From Eledone cirrhosa (Eukaryota): 64,000 nt of DNA. Made by a program: the position numbers and the translations under genes. The notes beneath the pieces are model-generated. The model was not told where the DNA came from and made no database searches. It saw nothing but the letters and a program-made list of their open reading frames with translations. Positions 28,290 through 42,847 of the stretch are shown here, in pieces (position 1 is the first letter of the stretch; each line of letters starts with the position of its first letter). The stretch is from contig OZ024741.1 in the NCBI GenBank assembly GCA_964016885.1, forward strand, positions 239,692,001 to 239,756,000. The letters are read 5' to 3'.

Positions 28290-28900
28290 TTATATATATA
28301 TATATACTCGAGAGAAGGCTACGTTGGTATGGACACGTGATGAAAGTCGATAGCTGTATAACAAAGTGCAGGGCAATAAAGATAGACGGTAGCCACGGAA
28401 TAGGCAGACCTAGAAAAACCTGGGACGAGCTGATAAACTCCGACCTCACACACTTACACCTCTCCAAGACAATGTCACTGGACCGAGACCTTTGGCGGTA
28501 CTCAGTAACAGAGAAGACCCGCCTTGCCAGTAGGCATCTCTAACAAAATACACCCCGTCCCGCCACCACCCCCACCCCATCCACACCACCCTGTTCTATG
28601 TAAAGTTATGTTGGTGCCGCGCCATCCAGGCCGAAACAAATGAGATCGTGTAGGTGTCACGACAAAAAAACACACAGTCCACGCTGTAATGTGGCCGTGT
28701 AGGCAACACGGTAAAAACCTCCCAGACCCACACTGTAAATGTGGTTGGTGTTAGGAAGGGCATCCAACTGTAGAAAACCTGCCAGACAGTCCTATGCGAG
28801 CAAGACAATCACTCTTGCCTCAAGTGGGACTACCCCCGTCCAAACCCATGCAAACGTGGAACACGGACGTTAAACGTTGATGATGATGATGATGATGATG
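28006..28900 (+). mobile_element. Two 3' fragments of the RTE family at 56539-59876 (28006-28230, 28307-28900)
   Basis: Near-identical to 59248-59876, with (TGA)n tails. Confidence 0.9.
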
Positions 28901-28972
<72 letters not shown>

Positions 28973-29041
28973 ATTTATATATACATATATATATATATTT
29001 ATATATATATATATATATATTTATTTATATATATATATATT

Positions 29042-29076
<35 letters not shown>

Positions 29077-29097
29077 ATATTTATTTATATATATATA

Positions 29098-29210
<113 letters not shown>

Positions 29211-29213
29211 ATT

Positions 29214-29280
<67 letters not shown>

Positions 29281-29690
29281 ATATATAATTTATATATATA
29301 TATATATATAATATATATATATATATATAATATATATATTTATATATAGATAAATCTACCAAAAGTTTACGGTAGTGTCCAATCCGTATGAAGAACTCGA
29401 TGTAATCCGGATATCATGAAAAGAGAAGATGCATTCAAAAACTATTTTCGGTGAAAAATAAACGGAAAACAGAGTCAAGATGTATTTGATAAAAATGCGA
29501 CCTTTTATAATGAAGCTCTAGCTAGAAGTGGCCACAAAAATAGATTAGTATATATACCTTCTACCAATAACACTACAAACATACAACCTAATATTACCAA
29601 CAAACACCAAATGAAACAAACACACCTAAATGCCACTCACACTATACCCCAAAACACCAACATAAAACTAAATTTCTCTAACTCTTCTAA

Positions 29691-30825
29691 TCTATATATA
29701 TAAAACTGAGGTTGTCTGTCTGTCTATCGATTTTTGGCACACATCTCCTCTTAGAATCTCTCACGGAATTGCACCGAAATTGCTATACTTGTACATTGAG
29801 CCCTAGCGAAGACATCGGAAAAAAAATATTTCAAATTGACCCGCCCTATCTGACGAAATCGAATATAATGTATCGATTTTTGAGCGTAAGTGATCAGTTA
29901 TTTCCCTTTGTTCTGTTTACATTCAGCGTAGCGTCTTACGTTCTCTTTACATTTTCTGCGTGCAAAAATTAAAAAAATTATGATAGCAAAAATTAAAAAA
30001 ATTACGCTGGCTTTCTCAGCGTTTAAAATGACATTAACACAATAAACGAACAGTTGTCGAGCCAGCAAAATTTTGACCTGCAAAATTCATCAGTTCGAAC
30101 ACTAAGCTTCCGTTTTGCTTCATTTCCATTTAAAAGCCTTTTAAAACAATATTTTTACTTGAAAACAAGTCTATTTAAAGACTACGTAAAACAAGCAAAT
30201 ATTTTGTAAAAAAAAGCAAAAATTATATAAGTTTATTTAAAATATATGTATCTGTAAATTTCGTTAGGCGTGCAGACAGACAGTCGTGCAGACAGACAGT
30301 CGTGCAGAGAGGTGATATAGGCGTGCAGACAGACAGTCGTGCAGAGAGGTGATATAGGCGTGCAGACAGACAATCGTGCAGAGAGGTGATATAGGCGTGC
30401 AGACAGACAGTCGTGCAGAGAGTTGATATAGGCGTGCAGACAGACAGTCGTGCAGAGAGGTGATATAGGCATGCAGACAGACAGTCGTGCAGAGAGGTGA
30501 TATAGGCGTGCAGACAGACATAACTGATAATTTGGTTACGCTAATGTTTTTCTCTGCGTTGCAGTGTTTACATTTTCGATCTTTGTTAATAAATAACCAG
30601 TGCAGTTTTTATCCCCAGCATCCTCTTTTGTTATAACATTCGGGTTATCGTTATGTTTTCTTAACTTCATAAGGCATATTGTTGGTTGAGGGAATATTAA
30701 TCAAAAACACCACATGCAAGTCTGCACAGTAGACACTACAGTTTTTAAGCCAAAAAAGAAACTTAACATTGTAACTTTAACACAGCTACTGAGCGACCCC
30801 GAGCAACGCCGGGCTTTACTGCTAG
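29691..30825 (+). mobile_element. Non-autonomous Helitron
   Basis: A|TCTATATATATAAAA start. End ccccgagcaacgccggg..CTAG|T. Confidence 0.85.
30266..30520. repeat. 37-bp minisatellite inside the Helitron (about 6-7 units)
   Basis: Unit aggcgtgcagacagacagtcgtgcagagaggtgatat, with no spacers. Confidence 0.93.
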
Positions 30826-32101
30826 TATACAATATAGTAACTCTCAAAAAACTACTCATTCTACAACTCTAATAAATGTTAATAATAAAACTCCTAATAA
30901 ACAAGCTAAAACATCTAAATCAATAAATCTAACTAAAAATGTGTGTGGTGAGGTCATTAACAATAATTCTCTTAATAAACATCAGGATGCATCCTATAAA
31001 AACAATAAACAACATCGAAACCGCAATAGACGAGTTACTTGGTATAATGCTCCATTTAATTTGCAAATTAAGGATAATATACCTAAAAAATTCTTTAATA
31101 TCCTAAAGAAAAACTTCCTGCCAAACCACAAATACCATCAAATTTTAAATAGATCAACGGTTAAATTCTCCTACTCAACAACCAAAAACATAAAACAAAA
31201 TATAAGTGCCTATAATGCATATAAATGTAAAAAAAACCATGAGTATACCACCAGTACATCAAACTAACCATAATATCTCCTCAGATACAGGATTCATGAA
31301 AAGTTGTAACTGTAAAAACAAGGCAAACTGTCCATTAAAAGGAAATTGCCTTGTTAATAACATAGTATATAAATGTAAAGTTAACAATAAGGACTCAATT
31401 CATATAGGAGCTACCTCTAACAAATTTAAGGTAAGATTTAATACCCACAAACATAGTTTTAAAAATGCCGCACTAGCTAATACAACATCTCTAGCTGAAG
31501 TAATTAATAGTTATAGAAAGAGGAATATAGATTATGACCTGACCTGGAGTGTGCTCAAAAGGGCCACCCCTTATCAAAATAGTAGATATGAATGTAGATT
31601 ATGTTCCCAAGAACTTTTTGAAATAATGAAATCTAAGGATATCCTATTAAATAAGCGACAGGAATTAATAATATCGTGTAATCATAAACTGAGAAAAACC
31701 TTTAAATATTATAAACCTAATTAATATACATTTTAGAAATTAATATATAAACTGTTTTTAATTTAGTTAACCTATAATTAATATTCTACTACTGATGAAC
31801 TACATAATTTTGCTTTCCTTCTTACAACTATCATTTCCTAAAACTAATACCATTAAGTAAACATATATTATGCTTTAACTTCAGGTTAAGACTATGTTCC
31901 TTGAAATCTATATATATTTATTATTTCTCACTAATAAATTTAATCCCCCCCCCCCATAATTATATGTATATGTAAATGTGTATGTGTGTGTATATATATA
32001 TATGTATGTATGTATATCTGCATGTATATCTATCTATATATATATATATATAAATATATGTATGTGTATATATATATGTGTGTATGTGTATATATGTATA
32101 T

Positions 32102-32133
<32 letters not shown>

Positions 32134-32764
32134 TATTTTTATATTCTTTTAATTTCCCCTCATCTTTAACAGCACTTTTCAACTGCATCTAACTCTTATT
32201 TATCATATCTATATGTATTAGTATAATTTTATCAATATAAATATACTCATCAATTAAATTAATTTATATTCTTTTCATAGATGTATTTTTTTCACTAACA
32301 CTTTAGTCTCCTTGAGCATTGACATTACTATTTTATAACAACAACTGCTTGTATACCTTTTACTGACCACCTGACCTATTTTCACCCCTAAAATAAGCTT
32401 CAATTACTACTATTTTACCATTTGGCCAATTATTAACTTTCTATTGGTTAATTCTAAACCTCCTACCAAACAGACAGAATATATTAGATCTTTGTTGGTT
32501 TTATTCAATGAACAAATAAAATTATTTCTGAGGTCAGCATACGACCTATTTTCTTCCCTAAAATAATCCTTCATTCATAATATTCTTTTCCATCCAAAAC
32601 TGAAATCTACCTTCCTCTACCCATAATTTGAGGTTATTCTACTACTATATTACTATCTTGACCCTCACTATCTCTCTATTGGTCAATTCAAAACCTGTTC
32701 CCAAACAGACCTATTGTATTGAATCTTTGTTTTTTTTCAATAAACAAATATCATTATTTCTGAA

Positions 32765-32866
32765 CCGCCGAGGTTAACTTTGCCTTTCATCCTTACGGGG
32801 TCGATAAAATAAAGTACCAGTAATGTACTGAGTAATTGCTGGCCTTGTGCCAAAAAGTAGAAACAA
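32765..32866 (+). mobile_element. SINE family B, 5'-truncated
   Basis: TSD (a)ttatttctgaa. Confidence 0.85.
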
Positions 32867-32867
32867 T

Positions 32868-33001
32868 TATTTCTGAAGACAGCATATATATGTGTAGGTA
32901 TGTATATTCCCTCTGATAGTTTGTATAAATATTGTTCATAGATCTATAGAATATGCATACCAACTCTAACACATATATATCCTAGAAACGATCGTAAAAT
33001 G
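32868..33001 (+). ncRNA. Hammerhead ribozyme with a ~105-nt stem II
   Basis: tattt-CTGAAGA-..atatatatgtgt..ggtatgtatattc...gaatatgcatacc..acacatatatat..-GAAA-cgatcg-TA-aaatg. Confidence 0.7.
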
Positions 33002-33357
33002 ATGAATTTTTTTAATATAAGGAACTGTTTCTTTGTTTATTCATTATTTTATTAATTTATATTTATATATATATATATATATATAATATATATATTTATA
33101 TAATATATATATTTATATAATATATATATTTATATAATATATATATTTATATAATATATATATTTATATATATAATATATATATTTATATAATATATATA
33201 TTTATATAATATATATATTTATATATATAATATATATATTTATATATATATATATTTATATATATATATAATATATATATTTATATATATATATATTTAT
33301 ATTATATATCTATATTATATATATATAATATATATATTATATATATTATATAATATA

Positions 33358-33540
33358 TGTGGATTGGCAGTATCGGTAGAGGGTCGGACGCCATGCTTTC
33401 CAGCATAGTTACGTCCCTTTACGATATGAGTTCAAATCCCGCCGAGGTTGACTTTGCCTTTCATCCTTACGGGGTCGATAAAATAAAGTACCAGTAATGA
33501 ACTGGGTAATTGCTGGCCTTGTGCCTAAAGTAGAAACAAT
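33358..33540 (+). mobile_element. SINE family B, full length
   Basis: A box tggcagtatcgg, B box gagttcaaatcc, Meta-like core, ends agtagaaacaa-tta. Confidence 0.88.
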
Positions 33541-33684
33541 TATATATATATATATATTATATATATATATAAAATATATATATATATTATATATATATAT
33601 ATAATATATATATTATATATATATATATATTATATATATATATATATAATATATATATTATATATATATATATATAATATATAT

Positions 33685-33735
<51 letters not shown>

Positions 33736-33882
33736 AATATATATATTTATATATATATATATATAGATATATATATATAAATATATATATTATATATATA
33801 TATATATTATATATATATATATATTATATATATATATATATATTATATATATATATATATATAATATATATATATATATGTA

Positions 33883-33914
<32 letters not shown>

Positions 33915-33983
33915 ATATATGTCCCAAGGCTCTGATACAATCAACACCATAAACACAGAGCTGGCATATCTAAGAACTGACTA

Positions 33984-34039
33984 ACTGCCTGATGAGGTCA
34001 TAGCCATTCAATGGCTATCATCGAAATATATATAGCAGT
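33984..34039 (+). ncRNA. Minimal type I hammerhead in a ~165-bp remnant between (TA)n arrays
   Basis: actgc-CTGATGA-ggtcatagccattcaatggctatcatc-GAAA-tatata-TA-gcagt. Confidence 0.85.
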
Positions 34040-34080
34040 AAATAAAGGATTATGAGTTCATGCAATTGACTTATGTTTTG

Positions 34081-34510
<430 letters not shown>

Positions 34511-34515
34511 GTGGA

Positions 34516-34850
34516 GGCACATGGCTTAGTGGTTAGAGCATTGGCCTTGCAATCGAAAGGTTGTGAGTTCAATTCTCAGACCGGGTGATGTGTTGTTTCC
34601 TTGAGCAAGACACTTTATTTCACATTGCTCCAGTTTACTCAGCTGTAGAAATGAGATGGAAGGGACTGGAATCCATATCATTCCACTGCAAAGTGGTCGT
34701 GGAGGTGCCACAGCAAAAAAGCACCCAGCACTCACTGTAAATGAGGTTGGTGTTAGGAAGGGCATCCAGCTGTAGAAATCAAGCCAGAATCAGTTCCCGT
34801 CTCACCCTTGCAAGCAGGGAAAAGCGGAGGTGAAATGAAATGAAAATGAT
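34516..34850 (+). mobile_element. SINE family A, full length
   Basis: Same as 7150-7530. Confidence 0.9.
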
Positions 34851-34939
34851 ATATATATATATATATATATATGCGTATGTGTGTATATATATATATGTAT
34901 GTATGTGTGTATATATGTGTGTATATGTATATATATATA

Positions 34940-35500
34940 TTAGCAGATTTACCCGGCGTTGCTCGGGGTTTGAAATTATGCTAAGAATATACAGCTAGGA
35001 AGTAAAAGAAGAACATTATTTGTCCCCAACCTGTAAAAATAAGCAGAAGTCTTCAATAATTAATGCAAACGAATATTTAGTGCAATCTTTGTACACATAA
35101 AACTATGCTGATAATGAAGGAAAACACTGAACAGGATGTAGTTATACAAATGATTAAAGACAATACACGTTGCAAATCTGTAAAAAAAAGTAGCAGTTTT
35201 GCTAAAGTACAAAAAGTTAATACGGGGAATATTTGGTGAAAAGGTTATCTCCCTTTTTTATAAGGATTGTCAATAAAGTTTGTTATCTCTCTTACATCAA
35301 TTTTCTACCGATAATTTTGATATCGATTTTTTGTTGCTCAACGTGGGTCGATTTGAAAAATGTTTGTGACGTAACAATCTTAGCGATCTGTACAACGTGC
35401 ACAGAAAATTTGGTTAAATTCAGTTGGTAATTGTGAAAGCCTTATGCATGCCAAGTTGTACACAGACACACACACATCCTCACTTTTATATATATAAAGA
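34940..35500 (-). mobile_element. Non-autonomous Helitron
   Basis: Minus strand: A|TCTTTATATATATAAAAG start, ccccgagcaacgccggg..CTAA|T end. Confidence 0.8.
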
Positions 35501-35544
35501 TATGTATATATGTGTATATGTATGTATATATATGTGTATATATA

Positions 35545-36428
35545 TATATATGAAAAACAAGGGGAGAAGAATACTGCACGGTTGCACATGGATTACATAT
35601 TATAAAATTAGTTCCTCATCAGTGATTTGCCAACGATCATTGGTATTTCATCGCATTAAAAATCAGATACCTCAGGTTGGTGCGAGCAATAACTAAAATA
35701 AGCTATTGGGACAAGTGAAACGCGTAAAGCGAGTGAGACAAGTAAACAACATAAAGAAAGGCAAACCGAAGGTTGGGAAAACAGCAAGCAACATGATAGT
35801 TATCCGATCAGCATAAGCTGGGTGAATTTCATGAGCGGTCAGAGAAGCAGACCGTACGCCGTGAATGTGGTGTGAGAAAGAAGGAACCCCACTACTAGTG
35901 AACGGGAGGAAGTGAGAAGGGGAGAAACAGAGAGTGAGTGAGTGGAAGTGCGAGGAAGAGGTCAGTCGAGAGAAAGTGTTAACTGACAGAGGGGGCGAAA
36001 GAGGGTAAGAGAAACAGAGAGAACGGGGGATCAGTAAGAGAGAAAGAGAGAAACAGATAATCGCAGTTTAGATAAATATATATGAAAAACAAGGGGAGAA
36101 GAATACTGCATGGTTGCACATGGATTACATATTATAAAATTAGTTCCTCATCAGTGATTTGCCAACGATCATTGGTATTTCATCGCATTAAAAATCAGAT
36201 ACCTCAGGTTGGTGCGAGCAATAACTAAAATAAGCTATTGGGACAAGTGAAACGCGTAAAGCGAGTGAGACAAGTAAACAACAAGGAAAAGCAAACCGAA
36301 GGTTGGAAAAACAGCAAGCAACATGATAGTTATCCGATCAGCATAAGCTGGGTGAATTTCATGAGCGGTCAGAGAAGCAGACCGTACGCCGTGAATGCGG
36401 TGTGAGAAAGAAGGAACCCCACTACTAG
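35545..36428. repeat. Near-identical ~350-bp direct repeat (35545-35898 / 36076-36428) flanking a GA-rich spacer
   Basis: Both copies run tgaaaaacaaggggagaag...ggaaccccactactag. Confidence 0.9.
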
Positions 36429-36798
36429 CAAATATACAAGTGTGTGCGTATGTATATATGTATGTGTGTGTGTATGTATATATATATGTATGTGTGTGTG
36501 TATGTATATATATGTATGTGTGTGTGAATGTATATATATATATGTATGTATGTGTGTGTGTATGTATATATATATGTATGTGTGTGTATGTATATATATA
36601 TATGTATGTGTATGTATATATATATGTATGTGTGTATGTATATATATATATATGTATGTGTGTGTATGTATATATATATATATGTATGTGTGTGTATGTA
36701 TATATATATATATGTATGTGTGTGTATGTATATATATATGTATGTGTGTCTGTATGTATATATATATGTATATGTGTGTATGTATATATATATATATA

Positions 36799-36853
<55 letters not shown>

Positions 36854-36965
36854 GTATGTGTATTTATGTATTTTGTATATGTGTATATATGTGTATTTCT
36901 GTAGATGTGTTTGTATATGTGTATATTTATATGTATGTATATCTATAAGTATGTGTATATGTATA

Positions 36966-36997
<32 letters not shown>

Positions 36998-37140
36998 ATA
37001 TAAGATCAAAAGATGGTTAAAAGAGTTCCATGTATTTTGTTATGCGCATTTCAAAAACAAATATCATCATGGGATGATATTTGCGTTCTCATCCGATATT
37101 TGCATTGCTTTATTGTGCTACAACAAAACTCACCTCCTAC

Positions 37141-37213
<73 letters not shown>

Positions 37214-37438
37214 GGGGTAACAAATAATAGTTAAATGCAGTCCACTTAGGTGTAGTCCAGTTATGGTATTCCGGGTAGGGGATGATATCAACGCTTGGCT
37301 TGGTTTGACTCAACAAGGCGTTTTCATAGTGATGCTGCGGGTATGCTGTAATTCCTATGTTGTAAACACTTGGAGTAATAATAAATCAGCAAAGAAGGTT
37401 GACATGGTTTGCTATACAAAAAAGGTTTTTAATCTCAT

Positions 37439-37546
37439 TGCTGACAATTGTTTCTCTGAACTGGTAGGTCTAGAGATCGCTATTCACTTGTTTTCACGTT
37501 ACTCGATCGCCAATACAAAATTATAACCAGTCAGTTCTTCGGAGCA
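37439..37546 (-). ncRNA. Hammerhead with a long stem II and one core change (CCGAAGA)
   Basis: Minus strand: tgct-CCGAAGA-actgactggt...accagttcaga-GAAA-caattg-TC-agca. Confidence 0.55.
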
Positions 37547-37756
37547 TGCGAGAATGAAGAGAATATACAGGCATGAAAGGAATATACAGGCTACTATATG
37601 AAGTAGTAATGGCATTCAGTTAGAACAATAACAACAATTACAACAATGCTATTAATAAATTATTTGAGGAGACCCTGACATTACTTAGGTGGGGGTGGGG
37701 GTATAGTGTATCTAAGATTTCGGCATGTAAAACTAGCTGACATGAAGCAGAAGTAA

Positions 37757-37807
<51 letters not shown>

Positions 37808-38292
37808 TGTGTGTGTATATATATATATATGTGTGCGTGTGTGTATGTGAATGTGTCTGTTGACACCTGGAATATAGCTTAAGAGAAATATGACAATAAT
37901 GATATGATAGGCACCCAATATTTTGAACTGGTTTATAGAATTCTCTTGGCCTTTGTCACTCTAAGTAGAGTTTTAAAGAATTAGCTTTTAAAGAATTTCC
38001 CTTTTCTTTAAATCCATCAACCATGACCGACCCCCCAACCATCTTATAGACACCTGAAATATAGGCATTGTTAGCTTAAGAGAAACTTAAAAATAAGGAG
38101 TGGCACCCCATTCTGAACTTGTTTATAGAATTCTTTCTGCCTTTGTCACTCTAAATATAAATTATAGCCTTAAAGAATTAGCTTTTAATGAATTCCCTTT
38201 TCTTTCAACCAATGACCTCCACCCATCCCACTCCCCACCCTCTCCTACCACCTGAAAAGATATAAATACCACAACATTTATTTTGGAAAGCC

Positions 38293-38343
38293 AGATTCCT
38301 GATGATTTCTAAAGAATGAAACAGTTCTAGTCCTGTAGAATCT
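38293..38343 (+). ncRNA. Type I hammerhead with a looped stem III
   Basis: agattc-CTGATGA-tttc taaa gaat-GAAA-cag ttctagtc ctg-TA-gaatct. Confidence 0.78.
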
Positions 38344-38459
38344 CATCTATATTAAAAATGTTATACTCTGCTATGTATTGAGTACCTTATTTCCTGTGGT
38401 TACCTCCGATTCAACCCGGAATAACTTACCTATATATATATACACATATATATATATAT

Positions 38460-39304
<845 letters not shown>

Positions 39305-39328
39305 CACATACACATACATACATATATA

Positions 39329-39362
<34 letters not shown>

Positions 39363-39457
39363 TACACACACATACATATATATACACACATATATATATA
39401 TATATACATACACACACATATATATATATACATATACATACACTTATACACATACAC

Positions 39458-39495
<38 letters not shown>

Positions 39496-39541
39496 ATACA
39501 CACACACACATATATACACACATATACACATACATACACAT

Positions 39542-39602
<61 letters not shown>

Positions 39603-39635
39603 TGTATATATATGGTGGCTGGCAACTCGTTTTAG

Positions 39636-39763
39636 AGTTACAAAATATCAGATAAAGAGAATATTTACTTAAATGCATATCACCAGCTGTTTTCAAAAGC
39701 TTTTGAAAACAGCTGGTGATATGCATCTAAGTAAATATTCTCTTTATCTGATATTTTGTAACT
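39636..39763. repeat. 128-bp palindrome, no spacer, one mismatch
   Basis: agttacaaaatatcag...tcaaaag|cttttga...ctgatattttgtaact, 64-bp arms. Confidence 0.93.
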
Positions 39764-40859
39764 AACCTTACATAGATCAATAACGGACACCTAGAAACGA
39801 TCGCAAAGCAGTGAAGTATAGCTGATTTTTTTATTTCATTATTTTAACTTATATCATGACTCTGTTTTCCTTTTAATGTTTTATTGTTTTCCGGGATTTA
39901 TCTTAACCTACAACATTTTCAACATATGGATTACATCGAGTTCTTCATGCAGAATAGACCCCACAACTTACTGTGGATACCTCTGTGTATATCTATATAT
40001 ATATATATATACACTTATGTATAATATATATATACATATCTAAAATGTTTATTTATGATAATATTTACACTTACATTACACTTTGATCAATTGAATCTCT
40101 GATGTATTATTTCTGAATATGTTATCAGAGACCCTTATTTCTAAACAAATGACAGTAACTGCTTTATCCACTAAGCATGAGACTATGTACTTATTCATGG
40201 GTAGGACATCTGGTGGCAACTGGAGTTTGAATTGATTCAATGCCAGTGTAAATATGAGATTGGCAGATTTGCATCCTAAAGATGATCCTGTAAAATATTG
40301 TGAATTTTACTTTAAAAAATTGTAATACCTAATTTTTCTGATACTTCTTCATAAAGGTGTAACTCTTCTTTTCCAGAAAATTCTCCACTGTTACTGTAGT
40401 CTAATGTAGGTTTTAGATATTGTGTATCTGCTGTAGGATTAATTTTTTCAGAATACATTGTAGGAAATGGTCTCGGCTGTTCAAATAGAATAGGTAATAT
40501 TTAATATTTAATATATTCATAAATTAGTGAACATTAAATGACAAAAAAGTTCATTTATAATTTTTAATATGTCAAATTGGCAGAGTCAGAGCATATTTGT
40601 TCTTAATTTCTGTACTCAGAGTTCAAATCCTGCTAAAGTCAGCTTTACCTTTCCTCCTTTTGAGGGCAATAAATAAAGAGTCAGATAAGATACTTTGCAA
40701 TATCTGTTCTTGCTCTTTGCATTCTGAGTTAAAATTATGCACCCTGTCTGATCTACACTCACTTAGGTAGCATAGACAGGTAGGCCTAAAATCAACATAG
40801 TTGCTGAGGCTTCACTCTGCAGTGGATCAAAGACAACTGAGTAAAATAGTATATGCATG

Positions 40860-40930
40860 TTGAATTACTATTCACATAGCTGGGACAATGTTTTAACAAC
40901 ATTGTCCCAGCTATGTGAATAGTAATTCAA
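40860..40930. repeat. Perfect inverted repeat, 33-bp arms, 5-bp spacer
   Basis: ttgaattactattcacatagctgggacaatgtt ttaac aacattgtcccagctatgtgaatagtaattcaa. Confidence 0.93.
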
Positions 40931-41019
40931 TATGGATTGCATTTGAGCATTGTGTACATATATATATTAGAGAGAGAGATATATAAAAAAGAAAATTTCG
41001 CTCTATATGGCTGAATACA

Positions 41020-41565
41020 ATAAATATAATCTGAGTTTTTCGAATATTAATAATTGTTTCTACTTTAGGCACAAGGCCAGCAATTACCCAGTGCCTTACT
41101 GGTACTTTATTTTATCGACCCCGTAAGGATGAAAGGCAAAGTCAACCTCAGCGGGATTTGAACTCAGATCATAAAGGGACGTAACTATGCTGGAAAGCAT
41201 GGCGTCCGACCCTCTACCGATACTGCCAATAATAACATTCAATTCGTTTGCAATTATACAAACAAGCCTCAATTATATAGCCGTGTCAGTAGAATGAACC
41301 CTCCATTCTTGCTCTTGCATGCCAACACAAAAGCAAGAATGAAGAGTTCATTCTACTGACATGGCTATAAAATTGAGGCTTGTTTGCATAATTGCAAACG
41401 AATTGAATGTTATTATTAATATTCGAATCCCGCCGAGGTTAACTTTGCCTTTCATCCTTCCGGGGTCGATAAAATAAAGTACCAGTAATGCACTGGGTAA
41501 TTGCTGGCCTTGTGCCAAAAGTAGAAACAATTATTAATATTCGAAAAACTCAGATTACATTTATT
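41020..41565. repeat. Fold-back element with one SINE-B in each arm (41054-41228 minus, 41426-41530 plus)
   Basis: Inner arms 41229-41312 / 41332-41413. Outer arms aatctgagtttttcgaatattaataa and its reverse complement. Confidence 0.88.
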
Positions 41566-41599
41566 ATATAGATATAGAATTATATGTGTATATAAACAC

Positions 41600-42570
41600 A
41601 CATTCTGTAATGGAGTAGGTAGAAATTTCATACGATGCACGCACTGTGGACAGTGGATGCACAAGAGATGTATCAGAGTACAACTGGTTAAGTATTGAAT
41701 TAACCTAGATGAGATCCAGTTCGGATTTTTGCCAGGAAAAAGTACTACGAATGCCCTCTTCCTTGTGAGGCAACTGCAGGAGAAGTACCTAACTAAATGT
41801 AAACCTCTCTACTCAGCATTTGTTGACCTAGAGAAAGTTTTTGACAAGGTCCTCCTGTTCTGTAATCTGGTGGGCACTTAGGAAACTATGAGTAGAAGAG
41901 TGGCTTGTGAGGGTGGTACAAGCCATGTACAGAGGTGCAGTCAGCAAGGTTAAAATTAATAATGACTATAGTGAGGAGTTTAGCATGCAAGTTTGGGTCT
42001 ACAAAGGCTGTCTTAGCCCCTCCTGTTTAATATCCTCCTCCAGGCTATAACAGAAGAGTTTAAAACAGGATTCCCTCAGGAACTCCTGTATGCTGATAAT
42101 ATAACTCTCATAGCTGAATCTATAACAGAACTAAAAAGAAATTCCTGGCCTGGAATCAAAAGGTCTTAAAGTCAATTTGGCAAAGACTAAAGTCCTAGCA
42201 AGTAGAAAGGAAAATAAGGCCCAGAACCCCCAGAGAGATGGCCCTACTCAGTGTGTAGGAAAGAGGTGGATAGAAATTCTATCCTCTGTTTTGGTGCCAT
42301 CACAAAAAGTGCCGAGTTCACACTGTAAAGTGGTTGTGTTGGTGACACAATAAAAGCACCCAGTCCACATTGTAGAGTAGTAATGTTGGTGCCACGATAA
42401 AAAGCACACAGTCTACACTGTAAATGAGGGGCATTCCACCATAGAAACCAAGCCATAAACAATTTTGTATGAACAAGACACGGTCATCTGATCTGATTTT
42501 TATTACAATAGGACAACTCATCTAACTCATGCTAGTGTAGAAAAATGGACGTTAAACAGTGATGATTATG
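41600..42570 (+). mobile_element. Degenerate RTE LINE fragments
   Basis: LDEIQFGF, AFVDLEK and LLYAD remnants, plus an RTE-type 3' UTR. Confidence 0.8.
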
Positions 42571-42663
42571 AAATATATATATATATATATATATATACAT
42601 AAAAGCTTATATACATACATATATACATATGTATGTATGTGTGTGTGTGTATATTTGAAATTA

Positions 42664-42847
42664 ATTGTTTCTACTTTAGGCACAAGGCCAGCAACTACCC
42701 AGTGCCTCACTGGTACTTTATTTTATCGACCCCGTAAGGATGAAAGGCAAAGTCAACCTCGGCGGGATTTGAACTCAGATCGTAAAGGGACGTAACTATG
42801 CTAGAAAGCATGGCGTCCGACCCTCTACCGATACTACCAATCCACCA
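42664..42847 (-). mobile_element. SINE family B, full length
   Basis: TSD atttgaaattaa on both sides. Confidence 0.88.

Larger units (their letters stand above)
29347..33065 (+). mobile_element. 5'-truncated Penelope-like element (GIY-YIG), interrupted by a Helitron and a SINE
   Basis: FDKNATFYNEALARSG near 29485. RVTWYNAPF in 30941-31267. 31206-31724 reads CNCKNKANCPLKGNC..NIVY..HIGAT..RFNTH. Hammerhead at 32868. Confidence 0.85.

Noticed and set aside
30266-30520. CRISPR-like array (37-bp unit)
   Set aside because: Units are contiguous with no unique spacers, there are no cas genes, and the context is eukaryotic. It is a minisatellite in a Helitron.
31790-31920. Extra hammerhead (CTGATGA..GAAA-tctata-TA)
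   Set aside because: Stem I and the base of stem II pair poorly, so it could be chance in AT-rich DNA.
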